From the NCBI GenBank assembly GCA_051546255.1, contig CP128815.1, forward strand, positions 1,984,001-2,048,000: a stretch of DNA of 64,000 nucleotides, given 5' to 3'. The position numbers were made by a program, and so were the translations under genes. The stretch is from Meyerozyma guilliermondii. Lineage: Eukaryota. The notes under the pieces were generated by a model. The model saw nothing but the letters and a program-made list of their open reading frames with translations. It was not told the origin of the DNA and ran no database searches. Position 1 is the first letter of the stretch. Every line of letters begins with the position of its first letter. Positions 11,523-20,919 of this stretch are shown here, piece by piece.

Positions 11523-12248
11523 CTATAGTTTGACAATTAGTTCGTCCCCCTTGTATAAATCGATCAAGTCTGCAATGTCGTATTTTGCAGCCACTTCATC
11601 ATTGATAAACCGACCACCCAAGTAGTGCACTTTATCCTTGGCATTGAAATAGGTAGCACATGGTTTGGGAGCGGTCAAGCTAACGAGCATTTTGGGTTGA
11701 AGAGCGTTGTTGTCTGTGGGGCCACTGTCTACGTCCCAACCAGAAGGTATATCTACCGAGACGATAGGAGCAACCGAGTCACCAGAAGAAGCCAAATACC
11801 CAATTAATTCGTCAAATGGTGGTCGAATAGGGGGTTTAAACGAGAAACCGAAAAGTGTATCGATGATAGCCACTACTGAGGAGTCTCCCGCTAATTTCTT
11901 CACCTCGTCTAATTGGTCGATTTCTGGTACTTTTAGTTGCTGCAACTGGGTAACAAGACGTTGATATAACGGCTGTTTTGTAGATTTTTTCGGATAAAAA
12001 AGAACTGGATCATAGCCCCAAAGCTTCAAGTGCCTGCTAGCCACCAACCCGTCACCGCCATTGTTGCCGGGACCCACAAGAACCAACAACTTGTTCTTGG
12101 CTGGGGTTGGAGGATACTGCTTATAAACAGCACTTGCCACTGAAAGTCCAGCCAATTCCATCAATTGGTCTAAGGAGAATGCTCCCGAGGACATAAGGTC
12201 TGCATCGAGCTGGGCGGCCGCTTTAGAAGATAATGTTTTCAAGATCAT
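11523..12248 (-). CDS. NNR1: NAD(P)H-hydrate epimerase (YjeF_N)
   Basis: QLMELAGLSVA, GPGNNGGDGLV, DTLFGFSF, SVDIPSGWDV and SLTAPK motifs. ATG at 12248. Confidence 0.94.
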   Translation of the reverse strand: MILKTLSSKAAAQLDADLMSSGAFSLDQLMELAGLSVASAVYKQYPPTPAKNKLLVLVGPGNNGGDGLVASRHLKLWGYDPVLFYPKKSTKQPLYQRLVTQLQQLKVPEIDQLDEVKKLAGDSSVVAIIDTLFGFSFKPPIRPPFDELIGYLASSGDSVAPIVSVDIPSGWDVDSGPTDNNALQPKMLVSLTAPKPCATYFNAKDKVHYLGGRFINDEVAAKYDIADLIDLYKGDELIVKL

Positions 12249-12373
12249 CGTTCGATCAATCAACGGAACCGTTTCGCAATCAACTGATTTGAATAGCGGT
12301 GTATTTATCTGCAGTACTCCTGCACCGCGCGCACACGTCGCGGCAGCGTGTTGACGTTGGCTCTGAAATCAAT

Positions 12374-14176
12374 ATGGATCATCTGTACACTTTTGACTCG
12401 CCATCCATGACCCACTCTCCTATGATCAACTATAGAAAGGACGCCAAGAAAGGTGTGAAATTCACTTTTATGGTTGTGGGAGAATCGGGAACTGGAAAAT
12501 CTACGTTTATAAATGCTCTCGTCAACAAGCCAGTTGTTTCGCATCGCTATCAAAAATCCAATGTTGTTTCTGAGACTAAAACCCTTGCTTTCACTTCAGC
12601 AAAGTCAGTGTCGTTGCCCAGTACCGCAGCCTTGACAAGAAATGAGTTCAATGCCCATTCGGCACATGAAGAGCCCGGCATTGCCTTGACGGAAACTCGT
12701 GTAGAAATGGTAGATGAAGATGGAGGAAAGCTTTTGTTGACCATTTTGGACACACCTGGATTTGGAGACAACCTTAATAATGAGATGTGCTTTGTGGAAA
12801 TCGAGAATTATTTGAGACAGCAATTCGATCTCGTGTTGGCTGAAGAGACTCGCATCAAACGTAACCCGAGATTTGTCGATACTCGTGTCCATGTAATGTT
12901 GTACTTTATAAGCAACACCGGCCATGGCTTGCGCGAGATAGATATTGCGTGCATGAAGCGATTGTCCAAGTTTGTCAATGTTATACCGGTGGTGAGCAAG
13001 GCCGATTCGTTCACCGAGGCAGAACTCAAACATTTTAAAAAACAGATCAAGACAGATATAAACCGTTTCAACGTACCTGTGTTCCAATTCGACAATTTCT
13101 TAAGTGAATACGATGAGGATGAGGACCGTGACTTGATTGAAGAATGCAAGATGTTGAGTAAATTACAACCTTTTGCTATCATCGCATCCGAAGACGAATA
13201 CTCCACCACCGACAGGAAAACCGGTATCACCAGAAACATCCGCGCCAGAAAGTATCCATGGGGCTTGGTCGACATAGAAGACACCCGCTACAGTGATTTT
13301 GTTCTCCTCAGATCTGTTCTCTTGGGCTCTCATCTCCAGGACTTGAAGGATTTAACCCACGATTTCTTGTACGAAACCTACAGAACAGAACGATTGACCA
13401 AGGTAACCGGTACTTCCTACACTCCTGAAGAGGATGACGAGTTTCATGACAGCGTCGAACAGCAACCCGATCGTAAAGAGATGGCTGGTACCGTACCATC
13501 ACTTTCCAATTTGGCACAGTTGACGTCCTCTTCGGCAATTCCCGACGATGCAGACGAAACCAGCTCTATCTCGTCCGACGCAAAGTACAAAAAATCCAAG
13601 TCCATGCTCTTGGACGATGTCGATGAAATGCCTTCACCTCGACTTCGCGACAACGCTTCATTACATTCCTCCACTTCATCTTTGTCTATGAAACAACCTG
13701 GAATGGAGCGTAACCTCGACCTGAACAATACCGCTTTCAAGCGCTTGTCCATTGGGCCTCAGAGACACCAATTGAGGCAAATATCGGAAACAGTGCCGTA
13801 TGTGATTCGACACGAACGTATACTTGAACGTCAGCAAAAATTGGAAGAAATGGAGATGGCAAGTGCCAAGGAACTTGCCGCTCGTGCTGCCCTCTTGGAG
13901 CAGAAGGCAGCTGAATTGAAGGCGAAGGAAAAGTTGTTGATGAAGCAACTTGAAGCGGAAAGAATACTTCAGCAAAAGCAGGAAGAAAGTAGACTACTTC
14001 TTCAGCAACAACGAGAGGAGAAACAGCAATTAGAACAAGAGAAAGAAAGGAGGCAGCAGCAAGAACAACTACCTGAGGGCAGTCAAGATGCAACCGTGAA
14101 CCTGGAAGTGCCTCGTTCAACTATAAAAAAGGAAGAGACGATTACAGACTTACATTCAGTGATAAGTGAATCGTAG
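12374..14176 (+). CDS. SEP7: Septin, Sep7/Shs1 type, with C-terminal coiled coil
   Basis: G1 GESGTGKST, DTPGFGD, SKADS and RKYPWG motifs. INYRKDAKKG N-terminus and long Ser-rich plus coiled-coil extension are typical of Candida Sep7. Confidence 0.88.
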   Translation: MDHLYTFDSPSMTHSPMINYRKDAKKGVKFTFMVVGESGTGKSTFINALVNKPVVSHRYQKSNVVSETKTLAFTSAKSVSLPSTAALTRNEFNAHSAHEEPGIALTETRVEMVDEDGGKLLLTILDTPGFGDNLNNEMCFVEIENYLRQQFDLVLAEETRIKRNPRFVDTRVHVMLYFISNTGHGLREIDIACMKRLSKFVNVIPVVSKADSFTEAELKHFKKQIKTDINRFNVPVFQFDNFLSEYDEDEDRDLIEECKMLSKLQPFAIIASEDEYSTTDRKTGITRNIRARKYPWGLVDIEDTRYSDFVLLRSVLLGSHLQDLKDLTHDFLYETYRTERLTKVTGTSYTPEEDDEFHDSVEQQPDRKEMAGTVPSLSNLAQLTSSSAIPDDADETSSISSDAKYKKSKSMLLDDVDEMPSPRLRDNASLHSSTSSLSMKQPGMERNLDLNNTAFKRLSIGPQRHQLRQISETVPYVIRHERILERQQKLEEMEMASAKELAARAALLEQKAAELKAKEKLLMKQLEAERILQQKQEESRLLLQQQREEKQQLEQEKERRQQQEQLPEGSQDATVNLEVPRSTIKKEETITDLHSVISES

Positions 14177-14646
14177 CAAAAGCGTACAAGCTTGACGAAT
14201 GCTAATATTGGCGTCAAGATACAATGAGATACCTATCTATATAACAGACAATAAACCACTTTTGGCGGTAATTGTCCGTCTTCGTATGTTCGTTAGTAGA
14301 CACCAGGTCCGTATGTGTCGCGCACGACCCGTCGTCGTTTTGAAAGTGAGCGTACGGTAAATCAAAGGATTATATTTCCGTAGCACACATCTCGATAGAT
14401 CAACTTATTGATCTCATTGAGTCATCCGCAGATACCTGTACGCTCTTGGATATCACAAAAATCCTTGACCTTGTACTGGAGCTCCAGATATATTCCTTTT
14501 TGCCGATTGCTTTGGTCATTTCACAACATTAATTTCAGATTAGACGACGCCAAAGCTGTGTTTTTCACCTGATTTTCGGATATAATACTCATCACACAAG
14601 AACTAGCCACTTGTCCCATACGGCCTTGCATACTCACACCACTATA

Positions 14647-17250
14647 ATGGATATTTTAAACATCCTTGAGAATGCCCTTCTCAATCCCGATCCAGCTAAA
14701 CGTGCTGAAGCTGAAGAACAGCTCAACCAGGCGGCAAGAGAGCACTTTGTAGAGTATCTCAGTTTGCTTACCCAGGCTTTGTCCAACGAAGAAGCCCGTA
14801 CGGAGGTTCGTATGTTGGCAGGTATTGGACTCAAGAATCAGCTCACGTCCAAGGCAGCAAAGACCAAGCAGGAACAACAAGCAAGGTGGATAGCGTTAGA
14901 CAGTTCTGCCAAGACAAACATCAAGGATTCGGCTATCAAAGCCTTATGGTCGCAAGATGACCGTGTAGCAGGATCTGCTGCTCAGTTGGTAGCAGCGCTT
15001 GCTGATATCGAATTGCCCCGTAACGAGTGGCCTGAACTTATACCGCTTATGATCGAGAACACAAAGACCGAGAAACCTGTCCATGTAAAGAAAGCGTCTT
15101 TGTTGACAATTGGATATATATGCGAAAGCGCTGACCCTAACAACGAGGCAATTGTGGCTCAAGCTAATGGTATTCTTATAGCAATTGTTCAAGGAGTTCA
15201 AAGCAACGAACCTTCTGCTGTTGTTCGTCTTACTGCTTTGAATGCGTTGGTGAACTCGTTGGAGTTTATCAAATTCAACTTTGCTCGTGAAGGTGAACGC
15301 AATTATATTATGCAAGTGGTTTGTGAAGCTACGCAAGCGAACAACCGTGAAATCCAAGCCAGTGCATTTGGGTGTCTTGCTAGAATCATGGCGCTCTACT
15401 ATAGGTTTATGGCGCTTTACATGGAAAAGGCATTGTATGGGTTAACAGTGTCAGGAATGCAGAGTGGTGATGACAACGTTGCATGCATGGCGGTGGAATT
15501 CTGGTCCACTGTATGTGAAGAGGAATTAGAAATCGCGATACAAAGAGATGAGTACGGTCCAGACGCCGTGGGTCCTGAAATGGTGAGTTACAACTTTGCC
15601 TTGGTTGCCCTCAGAGATGTGTTGCCTACGCTTCTCACATTGTTGACTCGACAAAACGAAGATCCAGAGGATGACGATTGGTCGGTGGCCATGGCTGCTG
15701 GTGCATGTTTGTCTCTTTTTGCTCAGAACTGCGCCGGTTATGTAGTTGAGCCAGTTTTGCAATTTGTTGCATCCAACATCACTGTTGAAGGTGAAGACGG
15801 TTGGCGTCAACGAGAAGCTGCAGTGATGGCATTTGGGTCCATTCTAGACGGTCCTGACCACCAGCAGTTGGCTGGTCTCATTCAACAAGCATTACCACCG
15901 ATCTTGTCGCTTATAGGTGATTCTTCTCTCGCCGTAAAGGAGACGGTTGCATGGTGTTTGGGGCGTATTGCCGACTTGGTGGTTGATGCCATAGATGCTC
16001 AGCAGCTTCCTCTGTTAATTCAGGCGGTCGTTGCCGGCTTACAAGATCACCCAAAGGTGGCTACAAACTGCTGTTGGACGCTTATGAATTTGGCAGAGCA
16101 ATTGTGTGCCGACGCTTCATCCCAAAATACCTCGGCTTTGCTGCCTTTTTACGAAGGAGTGGTGCCAATCTTGATGCAACTTTCTTGCGGAGAGAATGAA
16201 TACGGTGTACGTGGCGCAGCATACGAAGCATTGTCGGCTCTTGTGACTTATAGTGCCAACGATTGCATGGGTGCTGTGCAAAATATTGCAACTGAAGCGG
16301 TGGTCCGTTTGGAGGCTGCTGCCAGTGCCTCATCAAATGCTTCCCAGGATGCTTCCGCGGCGTTGGCTCCTGCTGATGATCTTCAAATTTCCCTTCTTGC
16401 ACTCATAACATCTGCAATTCGACGTATGGGTCCTCAGGTTGCGGGTGCACCTGCCGATAACTTGATGCAGTTGTTCCTCAAGCTTCTCACTACTAACAAG
16501 GCAATTGAAGAGGATTTGTATTTGGCGGTTTCCGCAGTGGCAGGGTCAGTTGGTGGTGCCGAGTTCATGAAGTATATGGATGCTTTCGGTCCTGTATTGA
16601 CGAGTGCATTGCAAAACCCTGCTTCTCCAGCATGTACTACGGCAGTCGGATTGGTGGCTGATTTAGCTCATGCACTTGGTCAGTCGCTTGTTCCATACCT
16701 CGATGGGTTCATGCCTATATTAGGAGCTAACTTGAACAATGCGGAGGTTCGTCGTGAGCTTCGTCCTGCAATTTTATCTTGTTTCGGTGACATTGCAACT
16801 TGTATTGGTCTAGCATTCCAGCCATATTTGGAGTTTGTGATGCAAGTGTGCTCATCAGCTTCATCAATAGAGATTGAAGATGGTTCCTTGGAAACAATGG
16901 AGTACGTTTTGAGTGTTAAGGAAGCAGTATTGGATTGTTACGTTGGAATAGTGGGAGGCATGTCTGACGCACCACAACAAATATATCCTTACGTTGCCAA
17001 CATTTTCCTGTTCTTGAAAGCAGTTGCGGAAGAAATCACCTTGGCTGCAACTGAACTGGTAGCAAGACTGGCGGTGGGTTTACTAGGAGATCTTGCAGCC
17101 ATGTTCCCCAATAAGGAATTTGCCCAAGCTTACCAAGCACCTTGGGTTACCGATTTTATCAAGCGTACTCGTAGCAGTGCAGTATTTGGAGCATCTACAA
17201 AGGATGCCGCTAGATGGGCCCGTGACCAACAAAAGCGCCAAATATCTTGA
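14647..17250 (+). CDS. KAP95: Importin beta-1
   Basis: IBN_N start, AVEFWSTVCEEE, acidic loop EDPEDDDW, REAAVMAFGSILDGP and C-terminal ARWARDQ. Confidence 0.96.
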   Translation: MDILNILENALLNPDPAKRAEAEEQLNQAAREHFVEYLSLLTQALSNEEARTEVRMLAGIGLKNQLTSKAAKTKQEQQARWIALDSSAKTNIKDSAIKALWSQDDRVAGSAAQLVAALADIELPRNEWPELIPLMIENTKTEKPVHVKKASLLTIGYICESADPNNEAIVAQANGILIAIVQGVQSNEPSAVVRLTALNALVNSLEFIKFNFAREGERNYIMQVVCEATQANNREIQASAFGCLARIMALYYRFMALYMEKALYGLTVSGMQSGDDNVACMAVEFWSTVCEEELEIAIQRDEYGPDAVGPEMVSYNFALVALRDVLPTLLTLLTRQNEDPEDDDWSVAMAAGACLSLFAQNCAGYVVEPVLQFVASNITVEGEDGWRQREAAVMAFGSILDGPDHQQLAGLIQQALPPILSLIGDSSLAVKETVAWCLGRIADLVVDAIDAQQLPLLIQAVVAGLQDHPKVATNCCWTLMNLAEQLCADASSQNTSALLPFYEGVVPILMQLSCGENEYGVRGAAYEALSALVTYSANDCMGAVQNIATEAVVRLEAAASASSNASQDASAALAPADDLQISLLALITSAIRRMGPQVAGAPADNLMQLFLKLLTTNKAIEEDLYLAVSAVAGSVGGAEFMKYMDAFGPVLTSALQNPASPACTTAVGLVADLAHALGQSLVPYLDGFMPILGANLNNAEVRRELRPAILSCFGDIATCIGLAFQPYLEFVMQVCSSASSIEIEDGSLETMEYVLSVKEAVLDCYVGIVGGMSDAPQQIYPYVANIFLFLKAVAEEITLAATELVARLAVGLLGDLAAMFPNKEFAQAYQAPWVTDFIKRTRSSAVFGASTKDAARWARDQQKRQIS

Positions 17251-17934
17251 GAAGACAGTGTTAATTACGACTACATAGCTTAAAACATTGAACTAATCAT
17301 TGATATAATAAATCAATATATTATCAATTTTTTCTGCTCCGAGACCACATGTTGCCTAGCCCACGCAAATAGGACGCGATTTATTCGTAAAAAAGCCTTC
17401 CTGGGCCATTCTTCGCTATCTCCCCCTTGTGCGCGATGCTGCAACATATACGCACAATTTTAACCTCATTGGGTCAATTAATTGAAAATTATGTACAGGC
17501 CGATATTCGCTTGCCGGTACTATTTTTCCGTAGAAGTGACCGGATTCGTCAAATTAATTAAATTAATGGCATCGCCGAATATGGCATCTCTTGATAACTT
17601 TGAAGGAGTACATACACTATTCAAACTCTTATTTCACCTCATATAAAATTTATTCTTATCACTTTCTCTTGGCTCTCTTTTCTCTAGCTGCAGTAAGTTT
17701 CCACGCGTTTTACCTCCTTCTGTTCGCAGTACGACGTGCTCTATTGTGGCCTATTGTTAGAACAAAGAGTTGCAGACAGCCTGCATATGCACCGTTTTGG
17801 GACAAATTCTTCGCCTGAAAAATGTTTATAAAGAGCACACTCCAGTGGGTCTAACCATCGACCACATCGACCTGGTACTCCTTCCAAGTGACTCGAGGTT
17901 TAGAATTTAGTTACAAAGTTGCTTTGGATTGAAA

Positions 17935-18621
17935 ATGCCAACATTCGAAAAGTTTGACAAGTACAAACCGGTGCCTTACGATCACACCTACGTTCTTTAT
18001 GATCCAAAAGACATCATCGCGTTGTTTTCTGTGCACTTGTCACTCCTTCCAATATACACCATGGTGTTCTACACCTCTTGGTTTCTCCTCACCCGAGAAA
18101 TCGAACCGGTGATCGTCGTTGCTGGTCACTTAGTTGGTGAAATCACAAACAAAATTATCAAGCGAGTTGTACGACAACCACGTCCAGATTTCCACAAGGA
18201 CTTTGGAACGGGATCCTACAGCTTGACATACGGTATGCCCTCGGCACATTCGCAGTTTATGGGGTTTTTTGCCAGTTATTTTGCATGCATCTTCATTTTC
18301 AAAATCGAGTATTTTCAACCTGTTCAAAAGGCCATTGGCTGTGTAATTGTGACATTAGTATCCATGGGAGTGGCTGGTTCAAGGGTCTACTTGCTCTACC
18401 ACACTCCTCAGCAGGTCATTGTGGGAGTAATGTTCGGTGCTCTCTTGGGATTGATCTACTTTGTTCTCATTTCGGTCGCAAGAGACGTGGGTTTGGTAGA
18501 CTGGGTACTTTCGTGGCGGGCCATGAAGTATTTTTACATCAAAGACAGCTATTTCCATTGCTACAGCACGTTCAAAGATGAGTATAATTTATATTTGCTG
18601 GAGAAGAACCCTCTCGCATAG
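17935..18621 (+). CDS. CAX4: Dolichyl pyrophosphate phosphatase (PAP2 family; CWH8)
   Basis: PAP2 motifs KRVVRQPRP, GMPSAHSQF and SRVYLLYHT, plus hydrophobic helices. ATG at 17935. Confidence 0.93.
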   Translation: MPTFEKFDKYKPVPYDHTYVLYDPKDIIALFSVHLSLLPIYTMVFYTSWFLLTREIEPVIVVAGHLVGEITNKIIKRVVRQPRPDFHKDFGTGSYSLTYGMPSAHSQFMGFFASYFACIFIFKIEYFQPVQKAIGCVIVTLVSMGVAGSRVYLLYHTPQQVIVGVMFGALLGLIYFVLISVARDVGLVDWVLSWRAMKYFYIKDSYFHCYSTFKDEYNLYLLEKNPLA

Positions 18622-18667
18622 AGTTGAATAAAATGAGTTATGAAGACATTTACCAAATCGTAGATTA

Positions 18668-19762
18668 TTAAAAGTCATCCCATTTGTCATCGCCCTTGGT
18701 GTCTTCCTGGCGCTTTCTGCCCATTCCTTGTAACTTGGTTTTTTCCTTGGGCTTCTCGAATCCAAATGCCGGTTGAACATTACTCTCTTCAACACTCAAT
18801 CCGTCGAACAATTTACCAAACTTGGAGTCAACAGGTTGGCGGTCCTTGGTGAACAGCTGGAATGTCTCCTGTCCATACTTTCCTGTTTCTTGCATCTTTT
18901 GGCCAAACTGGGCCATGGCTCTTTTGGCTTCCGCGCCAATATCGCTTTCTTGGAGCTGAGTATAGCCAGGCTTGATCACCGACTCGTGCACCTCATTCAT
19001 GGACTTGGCCACCGTGCTCGAGAACAAACCCCATCCTTTCGTGAGTGTGCCCAATGGGTCCTTTTGGAAAGTTTCCATGTCAAACAGTGATAACGTACCG
19101 CCGTTTCTACTGGATGCTGCTGGTGTTGGAGTGTTGCCAAATCCACCGTACTTTCCACCTTGTGACGGAGGGACATCTTCCGGTCTTGAGTTGTTCTTTG
19201 AGCCCAATTGAGCGAAATACGCCTCATTTTTGACTTTTTGCTCACCAGTTAACCCAGGTTGGTTCGGTGTACTGCGACGACTCAGAATAGGATCTTGTGA
19301 AACATCGTCCTTGTATGAACCATTAATACCAGCAGATACGCCAACGCTGTTGATGTCGGGCAACTTTTCTCCCGTATGATCCTTAGGCACGAATTCTCTT
19401 CCTTCGATTTCACAGTTAAGCTTCTCTTTGTAGTCTTCAGCCACATAATTGTCGTATTTCAATTTGGCTGGGAGGTTCAAGTCAACACCATTTGCAGTAA
19501 AATATTCGCGAAGATTGGCATTACCTCCGTTTTCCAACTTGAGCACCTCCTCAGGCTTGAATTGGTCCATGGTTATCGACCTCACGAACGATATATGAAC
19601 TCCGAGTCCTCTGTGGATTCCGGCACATTCGAGACAGATAAAAATACCAAATTTTGGAGTGGCCCACTGTGGATTTGGGGCGGCGCAGTCAAAGCATTTC
19701 TTGTTTTCTCCAGTTTTTTGGAGCCCCAATAGCTTTCTTCGCGTTTCTGGATCTATGCCCAT
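18668..19762 (-). CDS. GCS1: ARF GTPase-activating protein (ArfGAP1/Gcs1, Candida Age3)
   Basis: CFDC...[24 protein letters not shown] zinc finger, [10 protein letters not shown] and C-terminal KWDDF. ATG at 19762. Confidence 0.95.
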   Translation of the reverse strand: MGIDPETRRKLLGLQKTGENKKCFDCAAPNPQWATPKFGIFICLECAGIHRGLGVHISFVRSITMDQFKPEEVLKLENGGNANLREYFTANGVDLNLPAKLKYDNYVAEDYKEKLNCEIEGREFVPKDHTGEKLPDINSVGVSAGINGSYKDDVSQDPILSRRSTPNQPGLTGEQKVKNEAYFAQLGSKNNSRPEDVPPSQGGKYGGFGNTPTPAASSRNGGTLSLFDMETFQKDPLGTLTKGWGLFSSTVAKSMNEVHESVIKPGYTQLQESDIGAEAKRAMAQFGQKMQETGKYGQETFQLFTKDRQPVDSKFGKLFDGLSVEESNVQPAFGFEKPKEKTKLQGMGRKRQEDTKGDDKWDDF

Positions 19763-19988
19763 TCTTGGATGCGTCGCTATCTTGAAATTTTGAGATGTTG
19801 ACACTGTAACGCCTGGTGTTTGGGTCTCATTTCGTACGGCTACAAGGTATGGAAGTTAAAGATGTATGGACAAAGAACTAGCACAGATACACTCAGTACG
19901 AATCTTGGAGCTCCCACTCAACTCACTTCGTTGTCATAATTTCGGCACTTTTGACACGTATTATCTCATTTTTCTCGAAATAATTAAC

Positions 19989-20846
19989 CTAAAGCTTCGT
20001 TACTGTTTCAGAGTTCTTTTGTTTGATAAGAACAGGGTAACCTTCACCACCGTGACTGCTTCCCAAGTGCCAAGAACCACCATCCACAACCAGAACGGTT
20101 CCTGTAATATATGACGCAGCCGGTGAAAACAAGAAAACTGTAGTATCGGCAATGTCTTTCGTGGTCCCCATTCTATGAAGTGGAACCTTATCGATAAACG
20201 TTTGCTTGTCTTTCAATAACCTCAGCATTCCCTCGGTACCATCAATGCCTCCTGGAGCAATACAGTTACACCGAATACCCAATGGTCCCAATTCGACAGC
20301 CAATGCATTGGAGAGAGCATCCACTCCAGCCTTGGCTGCACCAACATGGACTTGGAATGGGATACCATAGTAGTGCAATGTAGCACTGACAAAGATAACC
20401 GCACCTTTGTTCTTTCTGAGCTGCTCAAAAGTGGCTTTGACAGTGTTGTAAGAGCCCAACAAGTCAATGTCCACCACTGACTTGAATGCATTTGACGAAA
20501 GGTGATTGAAATCACTGAGGAAATTTCCAGCAGCACCAGCAATCACGAAATCAATTCGTCCCAATTCATTGACAGTTTTTTCAACCGCTTTGGCAATCAG
20601 CTTCACATCTCTCACGTCGGTATTGGAACACAGAATTACCTTTGCTCCTGGACGAAGCTTTGCAATTTCAACAGCGGCGGCATCTGTCTTGGCTGGGTTT
20701 CTTCCCACAATGGCAGCATCGGCACCGAGAATCACCAATGCTTCAGTTTGCACTCTGCAAATCGATCCTGCACCTCCAGTGACAAACACTACCTTTCCCT
20801 TGAACAAGTCGGGCTTCCATACCTCTGTACTAACTTTCGAAGACAT
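19989..20846 (-). CDS. SPS19: Peroxisomal 2,4-dienoyl-CoA reductase (SDR)
   Basis: TGGAGSIC, AGAAGNF, VDIDLLGSYNT and AAKAGVDAL motifs, with C-terminal PTS1-like TKL. Confidence 0.92.
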   Translation of the reverse strand: MSSKVSTEVWKPDLFKGKVVFVTGGAGSICRVQTEALVILGADAAIVGRNPAKTDAAAVEIAKLRPGAKVILCSNTDVRDVKLIAKAVEKTVNELGRIDFVIAGAAGNFLSDFNHLSSNAFKSVVDIDLLGSYNTVKATFEQLRKNKGAVIFVSATLHYYGIPFQVHVGAAKAGVDALSNALAVELGPLGIRCNCIAPGGIDGTEGMLRLLKDKQTFIDKVPLHRMGTTKDIADTTVFLFSPAASYITGTVLVVDGGSWHLGSSHGGEGYPVLIKQKNSETVTKL

Positions 20847-20919
20847 GGTTAAAGATGAAGAAAAGTCTCCCCCGCACTATGGTAAACCGCGGGTACAACT
20901 TACCGCCGCACCTCATATA

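Noticed and set aside
14284..14540. Two GTATGT donors on + and a TACTAAC on - between SEP7 and KAP95
   Set aside because: Donor and branch signals are on opposite strands, and there is no consensus branch/acceptor on + before the KAP95 ATG.
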